This document shows, in pieces, positions 17,707 to 29,300 of a stretch of 64,000 bases of DNA. The position numbers were made by a program, and so were the translations under genes. Below the pieces are notes generated by a model. That model ran no database searches. It was not told where the DNA came from and worked only from the letters and a program-made list of their open reading frames with translations. The stretch covers positions 42,090 to 106,089 of the forward strand of contig JBEKXN010000008.1 in the NCBI GenBank assembly GCA_049511835.1, written 5' to 3'. The stretch comes from Verrucomicrobiota bacterium (lineage in GTDB: Bacteria; Verrucomicrobiota; Verrucomicrobiia; Limisphaerales; UBA11358). Position 1 is the stretch's first letter. Each line of letters opens with the position of its first letter.

Positions 17707-18168
17707 TCAAAAGGGAACGTCGTCTCCTTCCGGCGGAGCGTCGGCTTCGCCGCCTTCGGGCGCGGGCGCCGGGGAAGTTGCCGCCGGACGCGAACGCGGA
17801 GCTTCGGCAGGACCGCCACCGCCGCTGTCGCCGCGATTCGAGTCAATGAACGAAAAGCTTTCGAGCACAACCTTCAATTTGCTCTGTTTTTGTTTCGTGT
17901 TTTTGTCTTCCCACGTGTCCTGTTTGAGCCGGCCTTCGACGAGCAGTGGCCGGCCCTTTTTCATGTATTGGGAAATGACTTCCGCCTGGCGTCCCCAAAC
18001 GTCCACGTCCACGAAACTGACTTCTTCCTTGTTTTCGCCGCTCTCGCTTTTCCAGGTGCGGTTGACGGCCAGGGTGATGCGGGCGACCGCCGTGCCCTTG
18101 GGCGTGTAGCGCAACTCCGGATCCCGGGTCAAATTGCCGGCGAGGATGACTTTGTTGAAGTTGGCCAT
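17707..18168 (-). CDS. ssb: single-stranded DNA-binding protein
   Basis: MANFNKVILAGNLTRDPELRYTPKGTAVARITLAVNR OB-fold N-terminus, Gly/Pro-rich linker, acidic tip DDVPF. Confidence 0.9.
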   Translation of the reverse strand: MANFNKVILAGNLTRDPELRYTPKGTAVARITLAVNRTWKSESGENKEEVSFVDVDVWGRQAEVISQYMKKGRPLLVEGRLKQDTWEDKNTKQKQSKLKVVLESFSFIDSNRGDSGGGGPAEAPRSRPAATSPAPAPEGGEADAPPEGDDVPF

Positions 18169-18182
18169 GACAGGACCTTTCG

Positions 18183-18488
18183 TTATTTGGCGGGTTTCGG
18201 TTCGGGAGATTGGGTGAACAGCACGCGGAACACTTCCTCGTTCAGCGCGAACCTGGTGCGCAATTGCGCGATGATGGCCGACGGGCCGGTGAAAATCACA
18301 TTCGCATAAAAGCCGGCGATGTGCTTTTTATCCGCCACCCGCGCAAAATTCTTTTTATCCATCTTTTGCACGGTTTCGACCTTGCCGCCCGCCGACTCGA
18401 TTTCCGCGGAAATTTTGTCGAGCGCGTCTTTGACGCCCTCTTCCCTGCCCGCCAGGTTCAGGATGAACAGACCTTCGTATCGTTTCAT
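18183..18488 (-). CDS. rpsF: 30S ribosomal protein S6
   Basis: MKRYEGLFILNLAGREEGVKDALDKISAEIESAGGKV... typical S6. Confidence 0.9.
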   Translation of the reverse strand: MKRYEGLFILNLAGREEGVKDALDKISAEIESAGGKVETVQKMDKKNFARVADKKHIAGFYANVIFTGPSAIIAQLRTRFALNEEVFRVLFTQSPEPKPAK

Positions 18489-18511
18489 TGTTATTTGTTA
18501 AATAAGTAATC

Positions 18512-18581
18512 AGTTAAATGGGTTAAATGGTTTGCGCTAGAGTCACTCGTTTTGACTAATCACTCATTTAACCATTTAACT
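18512..18581 (-). promoter_or_regulatory. AT-rich long imperfect inverted repeat spanning pth stop and rpsF 5' leader
   Basis: AGTTAAATGGGTTAAATG (18512-18529) pairs with CATTTAACCATTTAACT (18565-18581), with one C missing. The right arm overlaps the last pth codons. Confidence 0.35.
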
Positions 18582-19173
18582 CATTTGACTTTTCAACACT
18601 TCCGTTAAACTGGTTCATTGCTTTTTCAATGCCGGCATCCAACCAGCATTCCACCTGGTCGGCGGCACGGCCCAAAACTTTTTCCATCAACGCGGCCTCG
18701 CCCGCATCAAACCGTCCGAGCACATGATCCGTGATTTCCCGCGCGCCGTCCGCCCGGCCAATGCCGAGCCGCAACCGCGCAAAATCATTCGTGCCCAAAT
18801 GCTGCTCGATGGACTCAAGTCCGTGATGGCCGCCGCTGCCACCACCCGCCCGCAGGCGAATCTCGCCCAGCGGCAAATCCGCATCGTCCACCGCCACCAA
18901 CAGCTCCGACTGTGGTTGGAGCTGGTAAAAATTCTTCAAGGCGCCAACCGCTTCGCCGCTCAAATTCATGAACGTCTGCGCCTGGCAGAGCAAAACGCGG
19001 ACGCCGTTGCGTTCGGCACGCGCGACCCGGGCATTGAACTTCCGTTTGTTCGTCCAGCCTGCGTTCCACCGCACCGCCAGTTTTTCGACCAGCGTAAAAC
19101 CGGCGTTGTGGCGCGTCTGCGCGTATTCCGCGCCGGGATTGCCCAAACCCACGATGAGATGCAAATTCTCCAT
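18568..19173 (-). CDS. pth: peptidyl-tRNA hydrolase
   Basis: LIVGLGNPGAEYAQTRHNAGF N-terminal signature. Confidence 0.9.
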   Translation of the reverse strand: MENLHLIVGLGNPGAEYAQTRHNAGFTLVEKLAVRWNAGWTNKRKFNARVARAERNGVRVLLCQAQTFMNLSGEAVGALKNFYQLQPQSELLVAVDDADLPLGEIRLRAGGGSGGHHGLESIEQHLGTNDFARLRLGIGRADGAREITDHVLGRFDAGEAALMEKVLGRAADQVECWLDAGIEKAMNQFNGSVEKSNELNG

Positions 19174-19215
19174 GCGCGGCGCGGGCGCGGCGACCCTCGC
19201 GGATCGCCGGCAAAA

Positions 19216-20034
19216 TTATTTCTTTCTCTCCGCCGGCGTTTTCTCGCCGGGCTTGGCGGCACCCTTCTCCGGAACCGCGGCGGCACCCTTGGCCGGCGCC
19301 TTTTCGCCGGGCTTGACAGCCCCTTTTTCGCCGGGCTTGAAGGCGCCTTTTTCGCCCTTGGCCGGCGCAGCACCCTCTTCGCCTTCTTCTTTCTTCTCTT
19401 TGATCATTTCAACGTCGCCGGCGGCCACCGCCTCGCCCTCCGCAACCGCAGCCACTTCTTCCTCTTCCGTGCGCGGCAGGGCAACGGAGATGACAGCAAT
19501 GTTCTTGTCGCCGAGGATCTCGACCCCCGCGGGCGCCTTGATTTCGCCGAGGTGGATGGACTTGCCGAGTTCGAGATGGCTCACGTCCACAACCATCTGC
19601 TCGGGCAAATCCCTGGGCAGGGCGCGCACTCTTAATTTGAAGACCACGTGCTCGAGCACGCCGCCGCTGTTTTTCACGCCCATCGCTTCGCCGACGGTTT
19701 CCAACGGCACCAGAACGGTGACCTTTTCGTTTTCGGTCACTTCATGGAAATCCACGTGCATCACGTTGCCCTCCAGCGGGTGGTGCTGGATTTCCTGCAC
19801 CAGCGCAAGGCGTCTGGCGCGGGCGTCGTTTTCGACGGACAAATCCACCAGCAAATTTTCGGAAACCGAATGGTGTATGAGGTCGCCGATTTCCTTGGCG
19901 CTGACTTCGAGGTTTTGCGGTTTGGCCTGCCGGCCATAAATGACGGCGGGCACGCGCCCGGCGGCGCGCAACTTCCTGGCTCCATTCCGACGCGACTGCG
20001 TCCGGGGATACGCTTTCAACGGCACTGATTTCAT
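19216..20034 (-). CDS. rplY: 50S ribosomal protein L25 / general stress protein Ctc with K/P/G/E-rich tail
   Basis: RKLRAAGRVPAVIYGRQAKPQNLEV... L25 fold. Tail PAKGEKGAFKPGEKGAVKPGEKAPAKGAAAVPEKGAAKPGEKTPAERKK. Confidence 0.85.
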   Translation of the reverse strand: MKSVPLKAYPRTQSRRNGARKLRAAGRVPAVIYGRQAKPQNLEVSAKEIGDLIHHSVSENLLVDLSVENDARARRLALVQEIQHHPLEGNVMHVDFHEVTENEKVTVLVPLETVGEAMGVKNSGGVLEHVVFKLRVRALPRDLPEQMVVDVSHLELGKSIHLGEIKAPAGVEILGDKNIAVISVALPRTEEEEVAAVAEGEAVAAGDVEMIKEKKEEGEEGAAPAKGEKGAFKPGEKGAVKPGEKAPAKGAAAVPEKGAAKPGEKTPAERKK

Positions 20035-20061
20035 CGTTAAATCATCTTTTACTGCGGCGCG

Positions 20062-21006
<945 letters not shown>

Positions 21007-21232
21007 GAATTAATTGTATTTGTATTTCTGGTTAAAACGGCCGTCGTCGCGCCGGAGCGGCGCTTCCGTCTGCGTTTTACTTTGACGAGACAAGTTGCCG
21101 CGCCGCGAAGGCGGAAAAAACCGCCGCTGTCGGCGGATGAAATTGCAGAACTACTTTAGCAACGAACGACCCTGACGCAAGTGGAAATTGGGAATTATTG
21201 GCAGGGGGACAACTCAATTTTTATGCGTCTCT

Positions 21233-21376
21233 CATTAGCACCCGGCTTCAGCCGGGTGGCTATGGGAAAATGGGAAATTCAGCCGTTTCAACGGCTTTTC
21301 GGCGGCGAGAAAACCCGTTAAAACGGGTTTAGCGTTCAGGCTATCGTCCACACCCGGCTGAAGCCGGGTGCTAATG
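21233..21376. repeat. 144-bp structured element bounded by 26-bp perfect inverted repeats (MITE/REP-like or small RNA)
   Basis: CATTAGCACCCGGCTTCAGCCGGGTG (21233-21258) is the exact reverse complement of 21351-21376. Each arm holds its own CCCGGC-TTCA-GCCGGG hairpin. Internal hairpins are AGCCGTT-TC-AACGGCT and AAACCCGTT-AA-AACGGGTTT. Confidence 0.6.
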
Positions 21377-21473
21377 AAAGGTTTTCATGCCATCGTTCAA
21401 AAATTAAGGTTCGCCCTGGCCGCGGACGTCCGACCGCTTGCCATTGGCGGGCGCGTCACTTATTTTCGCTCCA

Positions 21474-22655
21474 ATGAAATATCGTCGTTTTGGCCGGACA
21501 GAGTTGATGATGCCGGTGATTTCCTGCGGCGGGATGCGTTATCAATTCAAGTGGCAGGATGTGGACCCGAAGGAAATCCCGCGCAAAAACCAGGAGAATC
21601 TCGAAGCCTGCATCCATTGCGCCCTTGAACTCGGCATCAATCACATCGAAACCGCGCGCGGCTACGGCACTTCCGAGATGCAACTGGGCAACGTGCTGCC
21701 CAAACTGCCGCGCGACAAAATCATCGTCCAGACCAAGGTCACACCCCGGGCCACGCCGGAGGAATTTCTCCAGACGTTCGAGACTTCGATGAAATATCTG
21801 AAGCTCGACCACGTGGATTTGCTGGCGTTGCACGGCATCAACAACCGCGAACTTCTGGACTGGTCGCTGAAGAAAAACGGCTGCCTCGCCGCCGCGCGCC
21901 GGTTGCAACAGGAGGGCCGCACGCGGTTCGTCGGTTTTTCCACGCACGCGACGACCGACATCATTCTTGCCGCGGTGAACAGCGGCGCGTTCGATTACGT
22001 GAACCTCCACTGGTATTTCGTGAACGATCTGAATTGGGCCGCGATTGAAGCCGCGCACCGGCTCGACCTGGGCGTCTTCATCATCAGTCCGAACGACAAG
22101 GGCGGGAAACTTTACGAGCCGCCGCCCAAGATGGTGGAACTCTGCGCGCCGCTGTCGCCGATGGTGTTCAACGATCTTTATTGCCTCGGGCGCAAGGAAG
22201 TCCACACGCTGAGCTGCGGCGCCAACCAGCCCGGGGATTTTGACGAGCACGTGGCCGCGCTGAAATTTTACGACAAGATTGCGGAGACGATTGCGCCGGT
22301 GGAAAAGCGGTTGCGCGCGGAAATGGAACGCGTGCTGGGCGCGGATTGGTGCGCGCGGTGGTTCGAGGGTTTGCCGAATTATGTGGACGTGCCGGGGCGG
22401 GTCAATGTGTCGGAAATCCTGCGGCTGTGGACTTATGCGAAGTCGCTCGACCTCGTGGCTTGGGGCAAGATGCGTTACAACTTACTCGGACAGGCCGAGC
22501 ACTGGTTTCCCGGCGAAAACGCGGCCAAGATCCGCGAACTGGACCTGCAGGCCGTGCTGTGGAACAGTCCTTTTGCCAGCCGGATTCCCGGAATTTTGGA
22601 GGAATCACACCGGCTGCTTTTTGAGAAACCGGCGCAGCGGCTCAGTGCAAGTTGA
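21474..22655 (+). CDS. aldo/keto reductase family oxidoreductase
   Basis: ORF 21438..22655 trimmed to ATG 21474. [23 protein letters not shown]...[14 protein letters not shown]...[10 protein letters not shown] are AKR blocks. Confidence 0.75.
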   Translation: MKYRRFGRTELMMPVISCGGMRYQFKWQDVDPKEIPRKNQENLEACIHCALELGINHIETARGYGTSEMQLGNVLPKLPRDKIIVQTKVTPRATPEEFLQTFETSMKYLKLDHVDLLALHGINNRELLDWSLKKNGCLAAARRLQQEGRTRFVGFSTHATTDIILAAVNSGAFDYVNLHWYFVNDLNWAAIEAAHRLDLGVFIISPNDKGGKLYEPPPKMVELCAPLSPMVFNDLYCLGRKEVHTLSCGANQPGDFDEHVAALKFYDKIAETIAPVEKRLRAEMERVLGADWCARWFEGLPNYVDVPGRVNVSEILRLWTYAKSLDLVAWGKMRYNLLGQAEHWFPGENAAKIRELDLQAVLWNSPFASRIPGILEESHRLLFEKPAQRLSAS

Positions 22656-23292
22656 ACCCCGGCGGGTTGGTGCCCAACAATGACGACGGTGGGGTCACAC
22701 CCGCAGCGGGGGTGGCGCTAATCGGCGCACCGGCGTTGAGTCGTTTAAGAACGGCGTCGGTCAAATCGTTTTCGCCGTTGCTGTAGATCACCGCGGTCGT
22801 GGCATTGGCGGTTTCCGCCGCGGCGTCTATGACCAGCGAGTAGCCGGCGACCTTGGCCTGGGCGGTCACGGCCGCTTTGATATCACTGAGAATGTTGTCG
22901 CGCATCCGCTGGCTTTGCTCGGACAAGGTGATCTGCGCCTGACGATCAAACTGGTCCATGGCGGTTTTGGCATCCTGCAACTGTTTCAGTTTGTCAGCGG
23001 CGGCTTGTTTATGTTTGTCGCGTTGATCGGCGGAGAGGGCCTGGTCGTTTGCCTGTTCCAGAAGTTTTTGATATTCATCGCTGCCTTTCTTCAAGTCGTC
23101 ACTCAGGCTTTTGGCGTCCTTGGCGAGTTGCGCTTGTCGCTCGCTGAGGACGGTTTGCGCCTGCTGTTTTTTCCAATAGCCGTCGAACAGTTTGCGCAAG
23201 TCCACGGTGCCGATTTTGGTTTGCGCCAGCGCGGGAACGCTCAAGAAAGCCAGCAACGAAATGGTCAAAATTGTTGTGCGTAATAATTTCAT
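22642..23292 (-). CDS. skp: OmpH/Skp-family periplasmic chaperone
   Basis: ORF trimmed to ATG 23292 (signal peptide [23 protein letters not shown]). [21 protein letters not shown]... plus a long Q/K/A-rich coiled region and C-terminal [10 protein letters not shown]. Confidence 0.75.
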   Translation of the reverse strand: MKLLRTTILTISLLAFLSVPALAQTKIGTVDLRKLFDGYWKKQQAQTVLSERQAQLAKDAKSLSDDLKKGSDEYQKLLEQANDQALSADQRDKHKQAAADKLKQLQDAKTAMDQFDRQAQITLSEQSQRMRDNILSDIKAAVTAQAKVAGYSLVIDAAAETANATTAVIYSNGENDLTDAVLKRLNAGAPISATPAAGVTPPSSLLGTNPPGFNLH

Positions 23293-23363
23293 GGGAATAT
23301 CAAAGCAAATTCCACGGCCAACGCCAACTGAAAACTGGCAGGCCAAAGCCTGCGCCGGTGACA

Positions 23364-26300
23364 TCACGGCAGTTGCAGCAAATAAAATTCCTGCGGCGCG
23401 TTGGTTTGCGCGGTGTTGGTGAAGATGAAATTGCCTTCGCTGTCAAATTGATTGGTCGCAATGTACGTCCAGTTGGTCAGCGGCGCCAGAAGATTGGACG
23501 AGGCCAGCACGTAATAGGTGCCGTTGCTCAAGCCGCCCGTGCCACTCAATATAAAACTGCCGCTGACGCCGCTTTCGGCAATGATGTTCCCGAAACTCGG
23601 CGGTATGAAACCCAGCGGTATATTCGTCACCGTGAGGACCGCATTGGAACTGGTCACGCTGCCGATGGCGTTTGTAATGACGACGGCGTAGCCAGCCGCA
23701 TCGGCATCCTGCACATCGGTCAGGGTCAGGGTGGTACTGGTTGAACCGGACACGTTGCCGCCGTCAATGAGATTGGAACCGTTTTTCTGCCACTCATAAC
23801 TCAGCGCTGGCGCGCCCAGAGCGATCACGGTGAAGGTAACGGTTATATTGGTTGAAGCCGTTTGGCTAGCCGGCTGTCTGACAATGAACGGGGAACCGTC
23901 ATTCTCAAGTGCCATACTATGGAGGTAACCTCCGGCGACTGCCACCACATTGGTCAAATCTGCGGGCACATTGGTCTGGCCGTCGTCATCGGCCTCCCAA
24001 GCCACCACTGTGCCGTTGGCCTGGAGCGCCAGACTGTGATAGCCACCTCCAGCAATCGCCACCACATTGGTCAAATCTGCGGGCATATCGGTCTGGCCGT
24101 AGGTATTGTCTCCCCAAACCACCACTGTGCCGTTGGCCCGTAGCGCCAGACTGTGAAAGCCACCTCCAGCAATCGCCACCACATTGGTCAAATCTGCGGG
24201 CATATTGGTCTGGCCGTAGGTATTGTCTCCCCAAACCACCACCGTACCGTTGACTTGGAGCGCCAGACTGTCATAACCACTTCCAGCAACCGCTACCACG
24301 TTGCTCAATCCAACGGGTACGATGGATTGTCCGTAGTCATACCCGTCGCTCGGATTATTTGTTTGTCCTGCGCCCCACGCAACCACCGTGCCGTTGGCTT
24401 GGAGCGCCAGATTGTGGAAGAAACCTGCGGCAATAGCCACCACATTGGTCAAATCTGCGGGTACAATGGCCTGTCCGTACGCAGGAAACGAACCGGTATT
24501 GTTGGTACCTGCTCCCCAAGCTACCACCGTGCCATTGGCCTGGAGCGCCAGACTATGCACATAACCTGCGGCAATGGCCACCACATTGGTTAAATCTGCG
24601 GGCACATTGGCCTCGCCAAAATCATTAGCCCCCCAAGCCACCACCGTGCCGTTGGTCTGGAGCGCCAGACTGTGATAGCCGCCGCCGGCAATCGCCATCA
24701 CATTGGTCGCATCTACGGGCACATTGGTCTGGCCATGATCATTGTTCCCCCACGCGACAACCATTAACCGCACCACCGTCAGGACCGCGTTGGAACTGGC
24801 CACCGAACCGGCGATGTTCGTGATGACGACCGTATAGGTGCCACTGTTGTTTGTCTGCGCATTGCTGATGGTAAGGTTGGTGGTGGTTGAGCCGCTGGTA
24901 ATATCCCCATTTACCAGGTTCGTCCCATCCACCAGGTTCGTCCCGTTCATCTGCCACTGGTAACTCAACGGCGCTATTCCGATTGCGGCTACAGTAAAGG
25001 TCGCATCCGATCCCACCGCGATGGCCTGGTTGGTTGGGGTTGGTTGCATTACGATCACCGGCGCCGATACCATCGTCAGGACGGCATTGGAACTGGTCAC
25101 CGAGCCGACACTGTTGCTGACGATGACCGAATAGCTGCCGCTGTTGTTCGTCTGGGCGTTGCCGATGGTCAATACCGTGGTGGTCACGTTGCTGATGCCG
25201 CCGCCGTTCACCAGGTTCGTCCCGTTCATCTGCCACTGGTAATGCAACGGCACCGTCCCGATGACGGTGACGGCAAAGGTCGCCGTCGAGCCGGCCACAA
25301 TAGTCTGGTTTGTCGGTTGCATGGTGATGAGCGGCGACGCGGCCACGGTCAGGGTGGCAACGGAACTGGTCACCGAGCCGGCGAAGTTCGTGATGACGAC
25401 CGTGTAGTTGCCGCTGTTGGTCGTCTGCGCATTCTTGATGGTCAGCTCCCAGGTGGTGGCGCCACTGATTTGGCCGCTGTGGCCGCTGTTGACCAGATTC
25501 GTCCCGTTCAACTGCCACTGGTAGCTTAACGGCAACGTCCCGGTCGCGGTGACCGCAAAGTTTACCGTCGTTGCCGTCGCCACCGTCTGGTTCGTCGGCT
25601 GCACCGTGATCGTCGGCAGTTTATTCGTCACCGTCAGGAGCACGTTGGAGCTGGTCACCGATCCGGCAACGTTTGTGACGATGACCGAGTAGGAGTTGGT
25701 GATGTTGGGCGTGTTTGTGGTGGTGATGGTCAGCACATTGGTTTTCGCGCCACTGATGCCGCCTCCGTTTGTCAGGCTCGTTCCGTTCACCAGCCATTGG
25801 TAACTCAAAGGCACCGTTCCGATGGCGGTGACAGAATAGGTCGCAGTCGCGCCCACCGCGATCGCCTGGTTCGTTGGGGTTGGTTGCACTGTGATCACCG
25901 GTGACGAATACACCGTCAGGACGGCGACAGAACTGTTTGTCGAACCGCCAGGGCCCGTGACGACAACCGTGTAGTTGCCGTCGTTGTTTGTTTGCACATT
26001 GCTGATGGTCAGGACATTGCTGGTTGCGCCGCTGGTGATTACCTTTACCCCATTTACCAGGTTTGTTCCACTCATCAGATTCGTCGTTCCACCTATTATC
26101 CACTGATAACTCAACGGCGACGTGCCGGTTGCGGTGACAGTCATGGTCACCTTCGTTCCCACCCCGTTTGTTTGGCTTGCCGGTTGTAGCGTGATTGTCG
26201 GCGGAATATTCGTCACGTTCAAAACCGCGACGGAACTGGTCACGACTCCGGCAATGTTGGTGACGACGACCGTGTATTCGCCGCTGTTGGTCGTCTGCGC

Positions 26301-29300
26301 ATTGGTAATGGTCAACGTGTTGGCGGTTGTGCCATTGATGTTGCCCCGATTCACCAGGTTCACCGGGTTGTTCGTTCCAATCTGCCACTGAAAATGCAAC
26401 GGCACCGTCCCGATGGCGGTGACGGTAAAGGCCGCCGTCGCTCCCACCGCCATCGATTCGTTCGTTGGTTGCAAGGTAATCTTGGGCAACGCTGTTACCG
26501 TCAGAACGGCCAAAGCACTGGTCACCGAGCCTCCATAATTGGTGACGATGACCGAGTAGCCTGTGTTGTTGTCGTTCGTTTGCACGTTGCTGATGGTCAG
26601 CACATTGGTGGTCGCGCCACTGATGCGGCCGCCATTGACCAAGTTGGTCCAGCCACTCACCGAGTTGGTATCTTGTATCTGCCACTGGTAACTCAACGGG
26701 GCCGTTCCCGTCGCAGTGACAGTTAGGATCGCACCCGTTCCCGCCCCCACCAACTGGTTCGTCGGCTGCACGGTGATCGCCGGCGGTACATTCGTCACCG
26801 TCAAACCGGCGATAATACTGGTCACCGATCCTCCGTAGTTTGTGACGATGACCTGGTAGTAGAAACCGCTGTTGGTCATCTGTGCGTTGGTGATGGTCAG
26901 GCTGGTGGTGGTTGCGCCGCTGATATTTATTGCGTCCACCAAGTTTGTCCCGTTCACCAGGTTCGTCCCGTCCTGCCATTGATAAAAGAAAGGCGGCGTC
27001 CCATTCGTGTCGACGCTGACGCTGAATGTCGCGTTCGAACCCACCGCCACCGCTTGGTTTGTCGGCAGTATCGTTGCGTTGGTTGGCGCCGTCACCGACA
27101 GCATGATTTTGGTCAAGAAGGCGTCGTTCGTGCCGTTGAGGGTGGGATAATCCGCAATGAGTGTCAGGAAGTTCGTGGAGAGTGTCTGGCCGACGACGTA
27201 GGCATCGCCATTGGTGTACACCGCGATCCCATAGCCATAATCATTGTCCTTGCCGCCGAGGTAGGTGGAATACAGCAAGGCGGTGGCGTTGGTATTGAAC
27301 GCAATGACAAACGCGTCGCTCTTGCCGGAATTGGTATAACGCATCAAGGTGGGGACGTTGAAGGTCGGGAAATTGGTCGAGGAAGCCGCGCCGGTCACAA
27401 ATGCTTCACCCGCCGGGTCCACCGCCACGCCGTAGCCGATGTCCGCGCCGTTACCACCGAAAATCGTGGACCAGGCAATAACCGCCTGCGTGCCGTTGGT
27501 GATGATTTTGGTGAGAAAAACATTCGTGGCCAGGACGCTGAACGAGGTGTTGGTGGCCACGAACGAGTGGAGCGCGGCTATATTCGTGACGGTGTTCGGG
27601 AAATTCGTCGAAATGGTCCAGCCGGTCACGTAGGCGGCGCCGTTGTTGTCAACGGCGATGCCATTGGCCACGTCGTTATTCGTGCCGCCGAGGAAGGTGG
27701 AATAGATCAGATTCAGATTCGTGCCAGTGGAAGCGAATTTGGCGACAAAGGCGTCGTAGGGGGAGGTATTAGTAATCGAACCGTTGAGCAAAGAACCGTT
27801 CCAGGTATTGGTGATGGATACATAGTTGGTGCTCGAGGGGGTTACCTCGATGTTCGTCCAGACCATCTGTTGATACACCGCGTTGGTGGTGGGGAAATTC
27901 GTCGAAGCGGTGAAACCAGTCACATAGACAAATCCATTGGTGTCCACGGCGATGCCTTTGCCTTCGTCAAAGTTGGTGCCGCCGAAGTAGGAGGAACAGA
28001 CCAGATTCGTGCCGCCGGGACCGATTATGGCGATGAAGGCGTTGGCGTTGAAGTAAAAAGAATTGGTGCAAGCCAGATGATCCAAAACCGTGTTGGTCCT
28101 TCCGGCCAAACGATAGGCTATGGCATTCATGACGGGAAAATTGGTGGAGCTGGTAAAACCGGTTATGTAGGCATTGTCCGCCGCATCCACCGCAATGCCG
28201 TAAGCGCTATCCACGCCAGCGCCACCGAAATAAGTGGAATAGATGATATTTGTTCCGGCGGAACCCAATTCCGTCACGAAGGCGTCAACAGGGTAAGAAC
28301 CATAACTCGGGCGGAATGCTCCGCCGATTTTTTTCTGAATGGCATTAGTGCTGACGGGGAAATTTGTTGAATCCGTGTATCCGGCGACAAAAGCGTTTCC
28401 ATTATTGTCCACGGCCAGGCAGGTGGCCACTTCATCGTCGCTGCCGCCGAGATAGGTGATGTAAGCCGGATAGCCGGACGCAGCATCCAGCTTGAAAACA
28501 AAGGCGTCTCCGGTCAATTTGCCCCCGGCGAAGTTCGCCTGGTATGCGTTGGTGGTAAAAGGCACATTATTGGCAAACTGTTTGGAAAATGTCTGGCCGG
28601 CAATATAAACATTACCATTTATGTCCAAAGTTACCGACCAGGCCGTGTCACCGGCATCGCCGCCGATATAAGTCGAATAACTCAGGAGCGGGTCAATGAC
28701 CAGCGGCTGGCTGTGGTCATACTGGCCGATGGTAAAAGCCACCGTGTGCGCGTCCACCAACCGATAACCACCTTCAATTTCCTTCCGCGCGCCACCGATC
28801 ACCTGGTAAATCACCGGCTTGGGCTGGCGAATTTCACCACCCGCCAGACTCAAAATCAGTTCGCCCTGGGGGTTGATTGAAATTTTATCCACGCCATCAA
28901 AATGCATGGCGATGGCCAGTGGGTTGGCGCCCGGCGCGATGTCGAAATCATATTCGAGTTGCTGCTGGTTGCCGTAGTAAACCAGGTTGACGCCGGGATA
29001 AAGCCCGCCGACGCGGACTTTGGCGAACATGGCCAGGCCCACACGCCATTGCGCGGGGTCGTTGCCGGTAAGATGATTGATTTTACCGGGCAGTTCGGCG
29101 TCACCCCTGACTGGCGCCTGCGCATTGGCGCCGACGAATTGCATCCGCACGACGGCGGATTCGGCGGTGGTCTTGCGAAGCACGATTTGGGCTTCAGCCG
29201 GCGAAATCAGGAATTGGTAATCATGGCCGCGAGCAACGAACTGCGCCGGCGCATTGGCCTGGCCCTGGCTGGCCTCAAAGTAAAGCGGCAGATTGGCCGG

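Noticed and set aside
23900-27100. Repetitive DNA (about 270-nt and 117-nt periods) as a possible repeat array or mobile-element cluster
   Set aside because: It is fully explained by in-frame Ig-like and RCC1 domain repeats of one long ORF.
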